From Candidatus Altiarchaeota archaeon (GTDB lineage: Archaea > Altiarchaeota > Altiarchaeia > IMC4 > SCGC-AAA252-I15): a stretch of DNA of 64,000 nt. The position numbers were made by a program, and so were the translations under genes. The stretch covers positions 128,001 to 192,000 of the forward strand of contig JAZDNF010000009.1 in assembly GCA_043800255.1 (NCBI GenBank). Reading direction: 5' to 3'. Under the pieces are notes generated by a model. The model had not been told where the DNA came from. It ran no database searches and saw only the letters and a program-made list of their open reading frames with translations. Each line of letters starts with the position of its first letter. Positions within the stretch are counted from its first letter, which is position 1. This document shows positions 44,148 through 54,441 of this stretch, piece after piece.

Positions 44148-46256
44148 CTAGATAACATAACCCAAAGATTTAAGTCGTTCGACCTGCTCCGGGGTGAGCT
44201 CGATTACCCCAACAGTGACGTTCTCCGCCAGCCTGCTGTTCTCAGCCTCCCAGGCATACAGCATCTGCCTCAGGCCTTCAGCCATTTCTGGAAGTTCTTG
44301 GGATAAATCCTCTTTTTCGTTGGGGTCATCTTCGAGGTCATACAGGGCATAGAATTCTCCGAGGGGGAGAGTATCATCGTTAGAGAATACCCTCCTTGCA
44401 TGACTGCGCATCAGCTTCCAGTTTCCAGTGCGGACGGAGTCCTGGCCGAAGAGGATTGCAAGGTCCTTTCTAGACCAGTTGGGGTATGCTGCAGAGAACA
44501 GTCCATGCCTGAACACCTCAAGATCAGAATCATGGTTGGTTTCATCTGCTGAACAGGCTGCCGAGCTTAGAATTCTGTCAGCTAGGCCGTAGTCAAAATC
44601 CGAGCTAGATGAGAGTGAGTAGAGGCCGGTTGAATAATATGTGCCACCGCATGACAGAATCCTGGATAGGCCGTGGACGCCCTGAATTCTAGTAACTGGA
44701 GAGACATCCTCAGCCCTTAGTTCCAGCCCGCTCGAAGTGAAATCGACAGTGATGTCCCCAGGAGAGATGGACTCGGATATTATTTCAGTCGCATTGCCAT
44801 CGATGAACGCCCGAACGCAGTCTTCGATTGCCTTATTGTCCTTGCATTCGACAACGTCGAACCGTAGCATGAATGCGTCATTCTCGAATACCGTAAGCGG
44901 GGTTAGTTTGAAATCCCCAACAAAAAAATAGCTAAAAGGCAGTTTCTCAATGTGGAAAGTACTACTGAAAACAGGAACCTCTGCACCCGTATTGCCGTAT
45001 AACAGAGGGGCGAAAGACACTCCCTGCAGGTTGTCCTCTGGGCCAACTCCCAAGAGATCGAGGATTGCTGGCATGATATCGATGGTTCTAACGGTATTGC
45101 GAATGCGTTTACCCCCGCTAAGAGATGGTATCAGGACCAGAAGCGGCACGTGTATAGTCTCGTCGTACAATTGACCGTGACCAACAAAGCCATGTTCTCC
45201 GAACTCTTCGCCATGGTCTGAGGTTATTATTACAATAGTCTTATTGGAGATGCCAAGACTGTCTAATTTTTCGAAAATTGTACCAATAAATGAGTCTACA
45301 TAGGTTATCTTCCTGTCGTACATTCCGATGATCGTATTAATATCGTCCAGCCCGGATATGTTGACCACGAACGACTCGATCAGTCTGCTGTCGGAGTTAC
45401 CAGCGCCATTGAAGTTCTGGTCCGGCTGGAATGAAAGGTAGGAGTCATGTACGCTGTAGGTGTGGAAGAACATGAAGAACTGTTCATCATAATTCTCATC
45501 CAACCAAGCCAACAGCAGGCCACTGTTTTTGTCAGGGTCATCATAAAACAAATCGAAGCCCCTTAATCCAATATCCTCTATCACCTGACCGCCTCCGGTG
45601 AATGCGACAGTCCGGTAGCCCTCGCCGTTGAGTATCTCCGGTAGAGTGCGTATGGACTCGTCCAGTTGGAAGCTGCAATCCGGATTCGATTGTTGTTCTA
45701 GATTGCATATCCTGTGTACTGAAGGATAGAATGACGTTAGCATCGTCATGTGAGATGGGGCGCTTGCCACGGACTGTGTGAAAGCGTTCTCGAACAGTAT
45801 GCCATCGGCTGCAAGACTGTCAATGATGGAGCTTGTGTTCCTCTCGTATCCGTAGCATCCCAGATGGTCCGCCCTGAGAGCATCTATTGAGACAATGATG
45901 ACATTCATGCCATACAGGGAATCAAAGCCGGAACAGTCCTCATCCACTCCATCAAGGGGAATCTCAACAGCCTGTGAATTTACCCGCATATTGGTGTCGT
46001 TACAGTCGCTGCCACCGACCATAAGCGATGCGAAACCGTCTCCATCAATATCAACAACGTCAAAACCGTCACAATCCTGGTCGACACCATCATACGGAAT
46101 CTCAACACCACCAGGGTGGACACTCTCCGACATATCATCACAGTCGCCGCCTCCGAAAAAAAAGTTTAAGTATTGGTCACCATCCCTGTCCAAGATTCTA
46201 GAATAGAATACTAGAAGCAATAGGACTATTAGAGGTGCTACTTTCCCCGAAGTCAT
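44148..46256 (-). CDS. Secreted sulfatase-like hydrolase with N-terminal Asp/Cys-rich metal-binding repeats
   Basis: DCDD...HPG..EIP.DGVDQDCDG repeats. IDALRADHLGCYGY, TSDHGEEFGEHG and LYDLEDDPNE motifs. Confidence 0.88.
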   Translation of the reverse strand: MTSGKVAPLIVLLLLVFYSRILDRDGDQYLNFFFGGGDCDDMSESVHPGGVEIPYDGVDQDCDGFDVVDIDGDGFASLMVGGSDCNDTNMRVNSQAVEIPLDGVDEDCSGFDSLYGMNVIIVSIDALRADHLGCYGYERNTSSIIDSLAADGILFENAFTQSVASAPSHMTMLTSFYPSVHRICNLEQQSNPDCSFQLDESIRTLPEILNGEGYRTVAFTGGGQVIEDIGLRGFDLFYDDPDKNSGLLLAWLDENYDEQFFMFFHTYSVHDSYLSFQPDQNFNGAGNSDSRLIESFVVNISGLDDINTIIGMYDRKITYVDSFIGTIFEKLDSLGISNKTIVIITSDHGEEFGEHGFVGHGQLYDETIHVPLLVLIPSLSGGKRIRNTVRTIDIMPAILDLLGVGPEDNLQGVSFAPLLYGNTGAEVPVFSSTFHIEKLPFSYFFVGDFKLTPLTVFENDAFMLRFDVVECKDNKAIEDCVRAFIDGNATEIISESISPGDITVDFTSSGLELRAEDVSPVTRIQGVHGLSRILSCGGTYYSTGLYSLSSSSDFDYGLADRILSSAACSADETNHDSDLEVFRHGLFSAAYPNWSRKDLAILFGQDSVRTGNWKLMRSHARRVFSNDDTLPLGEFYALYDLEDDPNEKEDLSQELPEMAEGLRQMLYAWEAENSRLAENVTVGVIELTPEQVERLKSLGYVI

Positions 46257-46747
46257 TTGGAATTTAGTACTTGTGACATGGCCATTTTAACAGCATCAGC
46301 CGGCCTGGCACGATTAACTTGAGAGATGCCCTTCAGAGTACCATCCACAGTATCTGTTACACCTCCTGTGCCGTCAACCAGAACAACAGGCCTGTTGTAA
46401 TTCAACGCCAGTGCAATCTCGGAGAGAGTGCCCTTGCCACCGTGAATCGCTATAACAGCGTCTGACGAGGAGACGACCAACGCATTTCGGGCGTATCCCA
46501 TCCCCGTTGGGAGGACGATGTCAACGTATTTGTTGGCGTCATTTTTGTCGGCAGATGGCAGTATGCCAACTGTCAATCCTCCAGCACCTTTAGCGCCCCT
46601 GCAGGCTGCCTCCATGACGCCGCCCCGGCCGCCGCAGACGAGAACACACCCATTTTTTGCGATATCACTGCCAACGGTTTCGGCAGCCTCCCTCACTTTA
46701 TTGGGAATCTCACCATCGCTCCCGATGACGCCGATGCACGTTCTCAT
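46253..46747 (-). CDS. TIGR00725 / LOG-family Rossmann-fold protein
   Basis: CGGRGGVMEAACRGA, TGMGYARN and GTLSEIA motifs. Confidence 0.9.
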   Translation of the reverse strand: MRTCIGVIGSDGEIPNKVREAAETVGSDIAKNGCVLVCGGRGGVMEAACRGAKGAGGLTVGILPSADKNDANKYVDIVLPTGMGYARNALVVSSSDAVIAIHGGKGTLSEIALALNYNRPVVLVDGTGGVTDTVDGTLKGISQVNRARPADAVKMAMSQVLNSK

Positions 46748-48066
46748 CTGATGTTACCGCCTATCCGGCTGAAGAAGTCCCTAATGGAATCCTCCTTCCC
46801 CTTCCGCCTCTGGTTTATGAACTCGACGCTGAAGCAGACGCTCTTCAGGTTCCTCCCGAGTTTATCGCTCCTGTAGACGTCCTTGACCGTTACGCCGATT
46901 ATCTCAGGGTTATGCTCTGAGAGGATTTTTGATATGAACTTCTCATCAGCATTGTCCTGCAACAGAACAGAAAAGTCCCTCGAGGATGCCCCATACTTCT
47001 GCACCTTGAATTCTATCCTGTCCTCCTCAGAGAGCACCTTAACATTCGACAGCTTAAGCGTTGACTCCTTTCCCATATCCTCAAGGGTAACAGACTCAGG
47101 AGTTACCGTCTTCACTATCCCAAGATGGCATTTTCCGGAGTATATGTGGCACAAACATATCTCCCGCCCGACGGACTCCTTAAGGGCTTTCAGCTCCGCC
47201 GCCAAGGAGCTTATGGCCTTGTCGGACCGCCCCATCGCGCTGTCAACGTCGTCAAAGTTCTTCGCAGCCTCGGCCATAGTCTGCACGAAACTCTTCTCGT
47301 CCTTCTCTCTGACTATGTCCTTCAGCTCGGAAACGCTTCTGAGAAAAGCCTCATGGGCTTCTCCCACATGCGGATTCATGAACTGTATCTCGGCGTAAAG
47401 GTGAGGGTCCTGCCCGATGATCCTGCCTACCATGTCAAGCATCAGCTCGTAAACCGGTGATGAGAATTTCCTCGACTTCTTGATGTCAAAGTTCAGGTCC
47501 TTAAGAGCCTTGGCGAACGATATGTAGCTGAAATGCGTGAGCCCCTGGACCACCGCCATGATCCGGTCATGCTCCTCGGGTGTGGACTCGTAGACCCGGG
47601 CATGGCGGGCTTCAAAGATCTTCCTGACCTTCTGAGTCCACTTCGTTCCCCTGAGGGAAGTGAGAACCAGCACCTGGTTTTCCAGCCCTCCGACGCGGGG
47701 GCCGAAGATGGGATGGCAGCCGAGGACTTCAACGCCCTTCCCAGAGTGGTTCAGCATAGCCTTGCAGGGGCCCTCCTTGATGGAAGTGAGGTCCATGAGC
47801 AGGCTCTTCTCCCTGACATGCGGCGCAACTTCCTTGATGATGTCAACCGTGACGCTGATGGGAACCGTGACTATTACTATGTCGGCAGTTGAGGCTGCGC
47901 CAGCATTGTCCCTGCTGTACGAAACTCCAAGCTCCTCCGCGGCCTTCCTGCCCTTCCTCTCGGTCGGGCCCGTAACCGTAACGTCAAAACCCTCCTCTTT
48001 GAAGAGCCTGGCGAAAATTCGCCCCATACCCCCGTAGCCGCCTATAATAGCAACCCTGCTAGCCAT
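46744..48066 (-). CDS. tyrA: Prephenate dehydrogenase with C-terminal extension
   Basis: IIGGYGGMG, DLTSIK, HPIFGP and EHDRIMAVVQGLTHF motifs. Confidence 0.92.
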   Translation of the reverse strand: MASRVAIIGGYGGMGRIFARLFKEEGFDVTVTGPTERKGRKAAEELGVSYSRDNAGAASTADIVIVTVPISVTVDIIKEVAPHVREKSLLMDLTSIKEGPCKAMLNHSGKGVEVLGCHPIFGPRVGGLENQVLVLTSLRGTKWTQKVRKIFEARHARVYESTPEEHDRIMAVVQGLTHFSYISFAKALKDLNFDIKKSRKFSSPVYELMLDMVGRIIGQDPHLYAEIQFMNPHVGEAHEAFLRSVSELKDIVREKDEKSFVQTMAEAAKNFDDVDSAMGRSDKAISSLAAELKALKESVGREICLCHIYSGKCHLGIVKTVTPESVTLEDMGKESTLKLSNVKVLSEEDRIEFKVQKYGASSRDFSVLLQDNADEKFISKILSEHNPEIIGVTVKDVYRSDKLGRNLKSVCFSVEFINQRRKGKEDSIRDFFSRIGGNIR

Positions 48067-48118
48067 ACTGGTAATAATATGTTTTATTTATGCATAAAAC
48101 ACGGAAGATAATATTAGA

Positions 48119-48829
48119 ATGGCTGACCAAAGTCGCGGACCACAAAAGGAGAAGAAGAAAGTTACTGGAGAATCTCAACAGTCTGAGAGGGAGATAAAAG
48201 AGATAGAGCCAAAGAGACCAGGATGGTGGTCCAGATTCCGGGAGAGGGGAGAGCTTAAGAAGTCCCTCCCAACCAAGACGGCGCTCACAACATCGAAAGG
48301 CGAGATGGTCATAAACCTGAGGAAGGAGGTCCTCAGCAGATTCCCCCTAAAGTCCTCAAAGGTTGTCGAACTGGCTGACGAAGTCTTCGGCCAACCGGAA
48401 GAGGATGCGAAAGGGATTTCCAGCAGAGACCATGCTCTGCTCTCACTAGTGAGAATGGACAAGTCTCTCCCGACCGTGTACCAGGATAGGTTCAGGCAGG
48501 CTGCGGCTCTGCTGATTATCGACGGCATCCGGGACATAACAGACATAAAAGATAAGAACCTCACCCTGTCCAAACCTCATGCCATCTTGGACGCTCTGAG
48601 GAGCAAAGGCAACGAGCTTGTCACATCCAAGAGCGACAGGCAGGGCATAGACGCCCGTGTAAAGTTCTTCACAACAAGCGATGGCGCACTGAAACTGTTG
48701 AAAGACGTCCGTGACGCGGTTAAAGGCGAACTGAGTGTCGGACACACAGTAGACGATGAAAAAGTGCTGAAACTCGTCAAAGGCTACGACATCTCTCGCG
48801 ACTTCCGCAAAACAACACCACTGCCCTGA
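48119..48829 (+). CDS. Hypothetical protein
   Basis: 236-aa ORF with an AT-rich upstream region. No motif recognised. Confidence 0.6.
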   Translation: MADQSRGPQKEKKKVTGESQQSEREIKEIEPKRPGWWSRFRERGELKKSLPTKTALTTSKGEMVINLRKEVLSRFPLKSSKVVELADEVFGQPEEDAKGISSRDHALLSLVRMDKSLPTVYQDRFRQAAALLIIDGIRDITDIKDKNLTLSKPHAILDALRSKGNELVTSKSDRQGIDARVKFFTTSDGALKLLKDVRDAVKGELSVGHTVDDEKVLKLVKGYDISRDFRKTTPLP

Positions 48830-48901
48830 CAGATATTGGAGTCTATTAGGCAGGCATACTGCGAATGAGCGTATTTTTTCCGATAGTCCCCTATACTATC
48901 C

Positions 48902-49984
48902 ATGCGAGTAAGCTACCGCAGCGGCGGAGGCGGCATCCACGGATCACCATCTGATGATAGGAACTTCGCTAGGACAACAGACTACAGCTCGATAGCTGAA
49001 AGAGCCTCCGAGAGAGTGCTCAACGCGTCCGCGGTGAACTATTTTTTCAGGGACAAATTCAGCATCTTAGTGGACAGGCCTGAGGTTAATGATAGATTCT
49101 TCAAGGGCAGGAGCGGGGCAGAGAAAAAACCGTTGAACATCGCGATTGCGATACTGGAAGCGCATCCCGGATGGCTCAAAGACAAGGAGCCTGAAGGCGT
49201 TAAAAGATTGCTCGAGGGCGTGGCAGACATGACAGAGGACGTTAACCTGCAGGACACGCGATGCACTGCCGATGAGGTGAAAGCAGTTGAGGCAACGCTT
49301 CAATTGGGATTAGAAGACGTTGGCGTTATTGAAAAAATCGACAAATGCAGGCTCCCGGCGCCGGTGGAACCGGACGCATACTCCAGGCCACCGCGCCCTG
49401 AGAGGAGGCAGCTGCTGGAGGTGAGCAGACAGCACGGTCTGACAAAGTTGGTGGGCGACGTCTGGTCCGCCTTTGGAAAGATGAACGTCGTCGCCAATCC
49501 AGAAGATGCTGCTAACAGATTGGTTAATGACGTCCTGAACCCAACAATATTGGACCTCCCGATTCACGGGTTAAAATTCGAGGGTGACGGGCCCAGACAA
49601 TCCATCAACGAGAGAGGCATCCGGCTCTTCAAAACATTTGACCCGCCTACGAGGGTTCTGATACTGGATGTGATAGAGACTGAGATGGACAGCAGACAAA
49701 GGGACGGGACGAGGAACGACGCACTCCAGGTCTGCGCTAACCTGCTCGATGAGCTGCCTGCAAGAGCATGCGCTGAGATGCTGACTGAGATTGAGCCGAT
49801 AAAGGGCGCGATGATGCTGGAGCTGATGCGACCTGAAAATGCCGCCAATTCTGTCGAAAGACTTCTCAAAAACAGGGACCCGGTAGTAGTCCACAAGGGC
49901 GGCAGCCTGATGCGTTACATCCACAGGGATGTTGGCGAGGATATACGGGGAAGATTGGGCAAATCAGCCCTGAAAAATTTATAG
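48902..49984 (+). CDS. Hypothetical protein with MgtE-N/FliG-like helical repeats near the C-terminus
   Basis: ANLLDELPARACAEMLTEIEP..GAMMLELMRPENAA pattern. Confidence 0.55.
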   Translation: MRVSYRSGGGGIHGSPSDDRNFARTTDYSSIAERASERVLNASAVNYFFRDKFSILVDRPEVNDRFFKGRSGAEKKPLNIAIAILEAHPGWLKDKEPEGVKRLLEGVADMTEDVNLQDTRCTADEVKAVEATLQLGLEDVGVIEKIDKCRLPAPVEPDAYSRPPRPERRQLLEVSRQHGLTKLVGDVWSAFGKMNVVANPEDAANRLVNDVLNPTILDLPIHGLKFEGDGPRQSINERGIRLFKTFDPPTRVLILDVIETEMDSRQRDGTRNDALQVCANLLDELPARACAEMLTEIEPIKGAMMLELMRPENAANSVERLLKNRDPVVVHKGGSLMRYIHRDVGEDIRGRLGKSALKNL

Positions 49985-50083
49985 TAATTATTAACCTGCC
50001 ATGAGAAAGCCGTGTGAAGAACCACCGGTCAAAGACGGGTGGGATAGAGCGTTTTAATACGGCTTTTCTATATTGTTATTAGA

Positions 50084-51628
50084 ATGTCCTACGACTATGA
50101 CATCAACCTAGAGCACGAGTACCATAATCTGGGGAACGATTACTATAAGCTGGGCGAGTTCGACAAGGCAGTTGAGCACTACAACAAGGCCATCGAACTG
50201 AAGCCAGACCTCCTTGAGACCTATTTCAACAGAGGCCTCGCATACACGAGAAAGCAGATGTACGACAAGGCCATAGAGGACATAAACAAGGTCATAGAGC
50301 TGAACTCGAACCTGGCCGAAGCATTCTACACCAGAGGGCTGGTGTACGAGTACAAGGGGGAATACGACAGGGCTATCACCGACTACGACAAGGCCCTGCA
50401 GATTGACCCCAAATACAGCAAGGCAGAGAGCCAGAGGGAGGTTGCCAAGAGCAAGAAGTCCAGCGGGACGCCGCCGTCAGGGGGGCCTGCAAAGCAGACA
50501 TCAGGCGGAGAGGAGGGCGAGGGGCTGACGAAGTTCGACGTCCTCAAGAAGCCGAAGATGAACTTCGACAACGTCGCAGGCCTTGAGAAGACGAAAGAAC
50601 TCATCAAGGAGTCGATAGTCTACCCTCTCCTGGACCTGGAGCTTGCTAAAAAGTATGGCAAGAGGACGGGAGGCGGAGTCCTATTCTACGGGCCTCCTGG
50701 AACAGGTAAGACTTTCATCGGGAAGGCGACTGCAGGAGAGTGCGATGCGGCGTTCATAAACGTCAAGATATCCGACATCGTCGACATGTACGCCGGTAAC
50801 ACTGAGAAGAACATGCACAACGCATTCCACACCGCACGAGACAACAAGCCATGCATACTGTTCTTCGACGAAGTCGACGGCATGGGAGGCAAGAGGGAAG
50901 GCCAGCAGCAGAGCTTCGAGAGGAGGGCGATAAACCAGTTCCTGACTGAGATGGACGGGGTCGAATACGACAACGAAGGCGTGCTGGTCATAGGCTCGAC
51001 CAACGCACCATGGGCTGTGGACTCGGCCCTGAGAAGAGCGGGACGTTTCAGCAAGATGATATACTTCCCACAGCCTGACAAGAAGACGAGAAACGAGCTT
51101 CTCAGGCTTTACCTGAAGGACAGGCCGGTCGACCCTAAACTAAAAATAAGCAGACTCGCTAGGATGACCGAGGGATTCTCCGGAGCCGACGTCAAGGAGC
51201 TGTGCGACGCAGCAGCCGCAATACCCTGGAAGGAGGCGCTTAAGACCAAGAAGGAGAGGCTGGTAACGTTCAAAGATTTCAGAAAGGCTACGAGCGGTGA
51301 CCGGGCAGTCATGTCATCGCTCCCAGCGTGGTACAGTTCCGTTAAAAAGTATCTGATAGAGGAGGAAGATGAGGAGGACGGCAAGAAGGGGAAAAGCTTC
51401 AGCGCGAAGATATTCAGGGACATCTTCGACCTAAGTCCAGCACAGCAGACAGGCGGTGGAGACTCTTCCAGCACTACCGTGAGGCACAAGAAGGACCAGG
51501 AGGAACTCCTTGGCGAGGAGGAGAGGAGACTCTTCAACGACCTCATAAAGGACATAAAAAAGCACACGGACCCGATGTACAAGATGTCCAGGAAGGGGAG
51601 GATGATGTTCGCGAGATATGTGACATGA
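50084..51628 (+). CDS. TPR-repeat AAA+ ATPase (classical clade, Vps4/Cdc48-like single ring)
   Basis: Three TPRs. FDNVAGL, GPPGTGKT, ILFFDE and STNAPWAVDSALRRAGRF motifs. Confidence 0.9.
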   Translation: MSYDYDINLEHEYHNLGNDYYKLGEFDKAVEHYNKAIELKPDLLETYFNRGLAYTRKQMYDKAIEDINKVIELNSNLAEAFYTRGLVYEYKGEYDRAITDYDKALQIDPKYSKAESQREVAKSKKSSGTPPSGGPAKQTSGGEEGEGLTKFDVLKKPKMNFDNVAGLEKTKELIKESIVYPLLDLELAKKYGKRTGGGVLFYGPPGTGKTFIGKATAGECDAAFINVKISDIVDMYAGNTEKNMHNAFHTARDNKPCILFFDEVDGMGGKREGQQQSFERRAINQFLTEMDGVEYDNEGVLVIGSTNAPWAVDSALRRAGRFSKMIYFPQPDKKTRNELLRLYLKDRPVDPKLKISRLARMTEGFSGADVKELCDAAAAIPWKEALKTKKERLVTFKDFRKATSGDRAVMSSLPAWYSSVKKYLIEEEDEEDGKKGKSFSAKIFRDIFDLSPAQQTGGGDSSSTTVRHKKDQEELLGEEERRLFNDLIKDIKKHTDPMYKMSRKGRMMFARYVT

Positions 51629-52203
51629 AAAAGAAGGTTCTGGGGGTGAGCGGCTCCCACAGGCACGCCAACACAGACGAGCTTGTGAAGAGGGCGCTGG
51701 AGTACTGCGGCAAAAAAGGGTTGGAAACGGAATTCATACCACTGGCTGACCTGGAAGTCGGGTACTGCACAGACTGCGGCGTCTGCAGGACGGGATTCGA
51801 ATGCTCAATAGACGATGATGTATTCCCAGTACTCGAGAAGATGAGCAAAGCTGATGGCATGATTGTAGGAAGCCCCGTTTACTTCTCAAGCGTCTCCGGA
51901 AAACTGAAGGCTCTCTTCGACCGCACTCTCCCGCTGAGGAGGAACGGCATGATGCTCTCTGGGAAAGTTGGGGGAGCAGTAGCAGTCGGGGGCTCAAGGA
52001 ACGGCGGGCAGGAGTTCACAGTAAGGGACATTCAGAACTGGATGCTCCTGCAGGAGATGACAGTAGTGGGAGACGTGAAAACCGCGCATTTCGGCGGCAT
52101 CGTCCATGGTAGGAATCCAGGCGACTGGGAGAAAGACGGGATAGGGCTTGAAACCGTTGATAACCTAGCTGAGAATATCGTCAGGTCCCTCAAGCGAAGT
52201 TGA
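51625..52203 (+). CDS. Iron-sulfur flavoprotein (flavodoxin-like, Isf family)
   Basis: SGSHR..NT, CTDCGVC....C, GSPVYF and GGSRNGGQE motifs. Confidence 0.9.
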   Translation: MKKKVLGVSGSHRHANTDELVKRALEYCGKKGLETEFIPLADLEVGYCTDCGVCRTGFECSIDDDVFPVLEKMSKADGMIVGSPVYFSSVSGKLKALFDRTLPLRRNGMMLSGKVGGAVAVGGSRNGGQEFTVRDIQNWMLLQEMTVVGDVKTAHFGGIVHGRNPGDWEKDGIGLETVDNLAENIVRSLKRS

Positions 52204-53292
52204 TGCAGCACCTGCGATACCGATAGCTGACCTCATTTTTTCAACAAAAAGGGCTAGGTCGAATCTCGCAGCCTGCTGCTCGCAAGCCACCCTATACTTC
52301 AGCGGATTGGCTGAGACTTCTCTCACAACCCTCAGAAGCGAGTTGATGTCAGCGTCAACCAATCTGCCGGTGACGCCGTCCACTACAGTTTCGAGATAGC
52401 CGCCCTCTTTCACGGCGACAACAGGCTTCCCTGATGCCATCGCCTCAAGGGGGGTCATGCCGAAATCCTCATCCAATGATGTCGTGATGAACGCCTCGCA
52501 CTCGCCGTAAAGCTGCCTCAGCCGGTCCTCGGAGACGCGCCCCAGCAGGAAGACGTTCTCAGGCAGGTCCTCGATGACGCCCTTCCTGTAGGCGTCGGCA
52601 TGGTCGCCCCTCGCGAATCCTCCGACGATTATCAGCTTCTTCTCCGGAAGCCTCCTGAAAACCTCGGTCTGCAATTTTATTCGCTTCTCAGGATAGAACC
52701 TGTTAACGCTCAGCCAGTAGTCACCAGCCTTAACGTAATGGTATCTGGAGCAGTCAGCGAACGGGTATATCACATCAGAATCCCGCCGATAGTATTTTTT
52801 CACTCTCTCTCGGGTATTCTTAGAATTTGAGACCAGCTTATCGACATGTCCTATGAAATGCTCAGTGAGGGGCCTGTGAATGCACACCCACAACCTGAAC
52901 AATAGTCTTCTGAAAAAGCCAAGACGGCTGAGAAAGACATCATACAAGTCATAAAAGTGCCTGGGAGGAGTATGACAGTATAATAAGTTGGGCGTGTGTC
53001 TTTTCGCTGCGAACACGCTCCACTCCCCGCTGAATATGAAAAAATCATACTTCCTACTGAAATCGCACATCAGAAACTTCAACGACGTGTGTATCTGCTT
53101 CAGAGGAGGAATGGTTAAAGTATCCCCAAGCGAGATTATGTTATCGCACGTGAAACCCATCTGCCGTACGATGCCCTCATCCAGGTTAGTCGTGACGACG
53201 TCAGCGCCAAGCTCCCTGGCAAGGGTGAGAACCAGCTTTTCCCCCCCTCCGATGGTATCCAAGTAATTGTGGAATATTAAAACCCGCATCAA
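52165..53292 (-). CDS. GT4 glycosyltransferase
   Basis: GGGEK and EDFGMTPLEAMASGKPV motifs. Confidence 0.92.
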   Translation of the reverse strand: MMRVLIFHNYLDTIGGGEKLVLTLARELGADVVTTNLDEGIVRQMGFTCDNIISLGDTLTIPPLKQIHTSLKFLMCDFSRKYDFFIFSGEWSVFAAKRHTPNLLYCHTPPRHFYDLYDVFLSRLGFFRRLLFRLWVCIHRPLTEHFIGHVDKLVSNSKNTRERVKKYYRRDSDVIYPFADCSRYHYVKAGDYWLSVNRFYPEKRIKLQTEVFRRLPEKKLIIVGGFARGDHADAYRKGVIEDLPENVFLLGRVSEDRLRQLYGECEAFITTSLDEDFGMTPLEAMASGKPVVAVKEGGYLETVVDGVTGRLVDADINSLLRVVREVSANPLKYRVACEQQAARFDLALFVEKMRSAIGIAGAASTSLEGPDDILS

Positions 53293-53298
53293 GTATAT

Positions 53299-54441
53299 AT
53301 GACCGATAGATTGAAAAAACAGATGGTTGGGGGGGAGAGAGAGTTGAAAAATCTGCCACTGATTTCACTAGTAATCGTTAACCACAATGGCAGGGATTTG
53401 TTAGAGGATTGTCTATCGTCAATCCGCGATCTTGAGTATCCAAAAGAGAAACTTGAAATCATCATGGTGGACAACATATCAGAAGACGATTCCATGTCAT
53501 TTGTCAGCGAAAGTTTCCCAGAGTGTAGGATCATAAGGAGCGGGGAGAACAATTACGCCAAGGCGAACAATATTGGGATAAGAGAATCAAAAGGTAACTT
53601 CGTCGGCCTGCTGAATAACGATGTCAGAGTGGAACGGAATTGGCTGGTAGAACTAGTTAGAGTTATGATGTCTGACGCGAAAGTGGGCGTTGCCGGTGGG
53701 AAGATTCTGTTCGAGAACGGCAGGATACAGAGCGTAGGGCATGTCGAACTTGGGAATTACTACTGGAGCGACAGGGGATTCAACGAGACCGACCGGGAAC
53801 AGTATGACAGAGTGGAAGACGTCAAAAGCCTGTGCGGGGCGGCAGTCCTCTATAGGAGGAAGTGCCTGGACGACGTTGGACTGTTTGACGAGGACTTCGT
53901 CATGTACTACGAGGACGTCGACCTGAACCTGCGGTGTGGGGAAAGAGGGTGGAGGAGGGTGTACGTTCCCAAAAGCGTCGCATACCACAAGTTCAGGGGA
54001 ACCGCAACAGAGGATACAGTGAAAAAATGGTGTGAAAGGAACAGGTTGATGCTAATAGCCAAGAAAGAGCCGAACGCGTTTTTGGAAAAACTGATTCGAA
54101 CAGAGTATTACATCAAACAGAATTCAAAAAAGGCGGAAGAGGACTTGAACGCCATTCTAAAAAAATGGTTTGATAGTATGAAGGATGGGAAAAATGTCGG
54201 AAGCCTTCAGCAGAGACTGCTTGTCCTATTGAACCTGTCCTACGCTGAACTCTATGGCAGGGACAGTGGGATAGAAAAGATGGAGGAGGAGATAAAGCTG
54301 ATGAACCAGCAACTGGCTGATAGGAACCAGTACATAAGGCAGAAGGAGGAACAGCTGGATAGGATATTCAACTCCAGGGGCTGGAAGTCCCTAACTGCAT
54401 TCCACGACATAAAAAAGTCGTTAGGTCTTGTCAAAGAATGA
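53299..54441 (+). CDS. GT2 glycosyltransferase with C-terminal coiled coil
   Basis: IVNHNG, VDN.S.D, LLNND and FVMYYEDVD motifs. Tail IFNSRGWK. Confidence 0.9.
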   Translation: MTDRLKKQMVGGERELKNLPLISLVIVNHNGRDLLEDCLSSIRDLEYPKEKLEIIMVDNISEDDSMSFVSESFPECRIIRSGENNYAKANNIGIRESKGNFVGLLNNDVRVERNWLVELVRVMMSDAKVGVAGGKILFENGRIQSVGHVELGNYYWSDRGFNETDREQYDRVEDVKSLCGAAVLYRRKCLDDVGLFDEDFVMYYEDVDLNLRCGERGWRRVYVPKSVAYHKFRGTATEDTVKKWCERNRLMLIAKKEPNAFLEKLIRTEYYIKQNSKKAEEDLNAILKKWFDSMKDGKNVGSLQQRLLVLLNLSYAELYGRDSGIEKMEEEIKLMNQQLADRNQYIRQKEEQLDRIFNSRGWKSLTAFHDIKKSLGLVKE

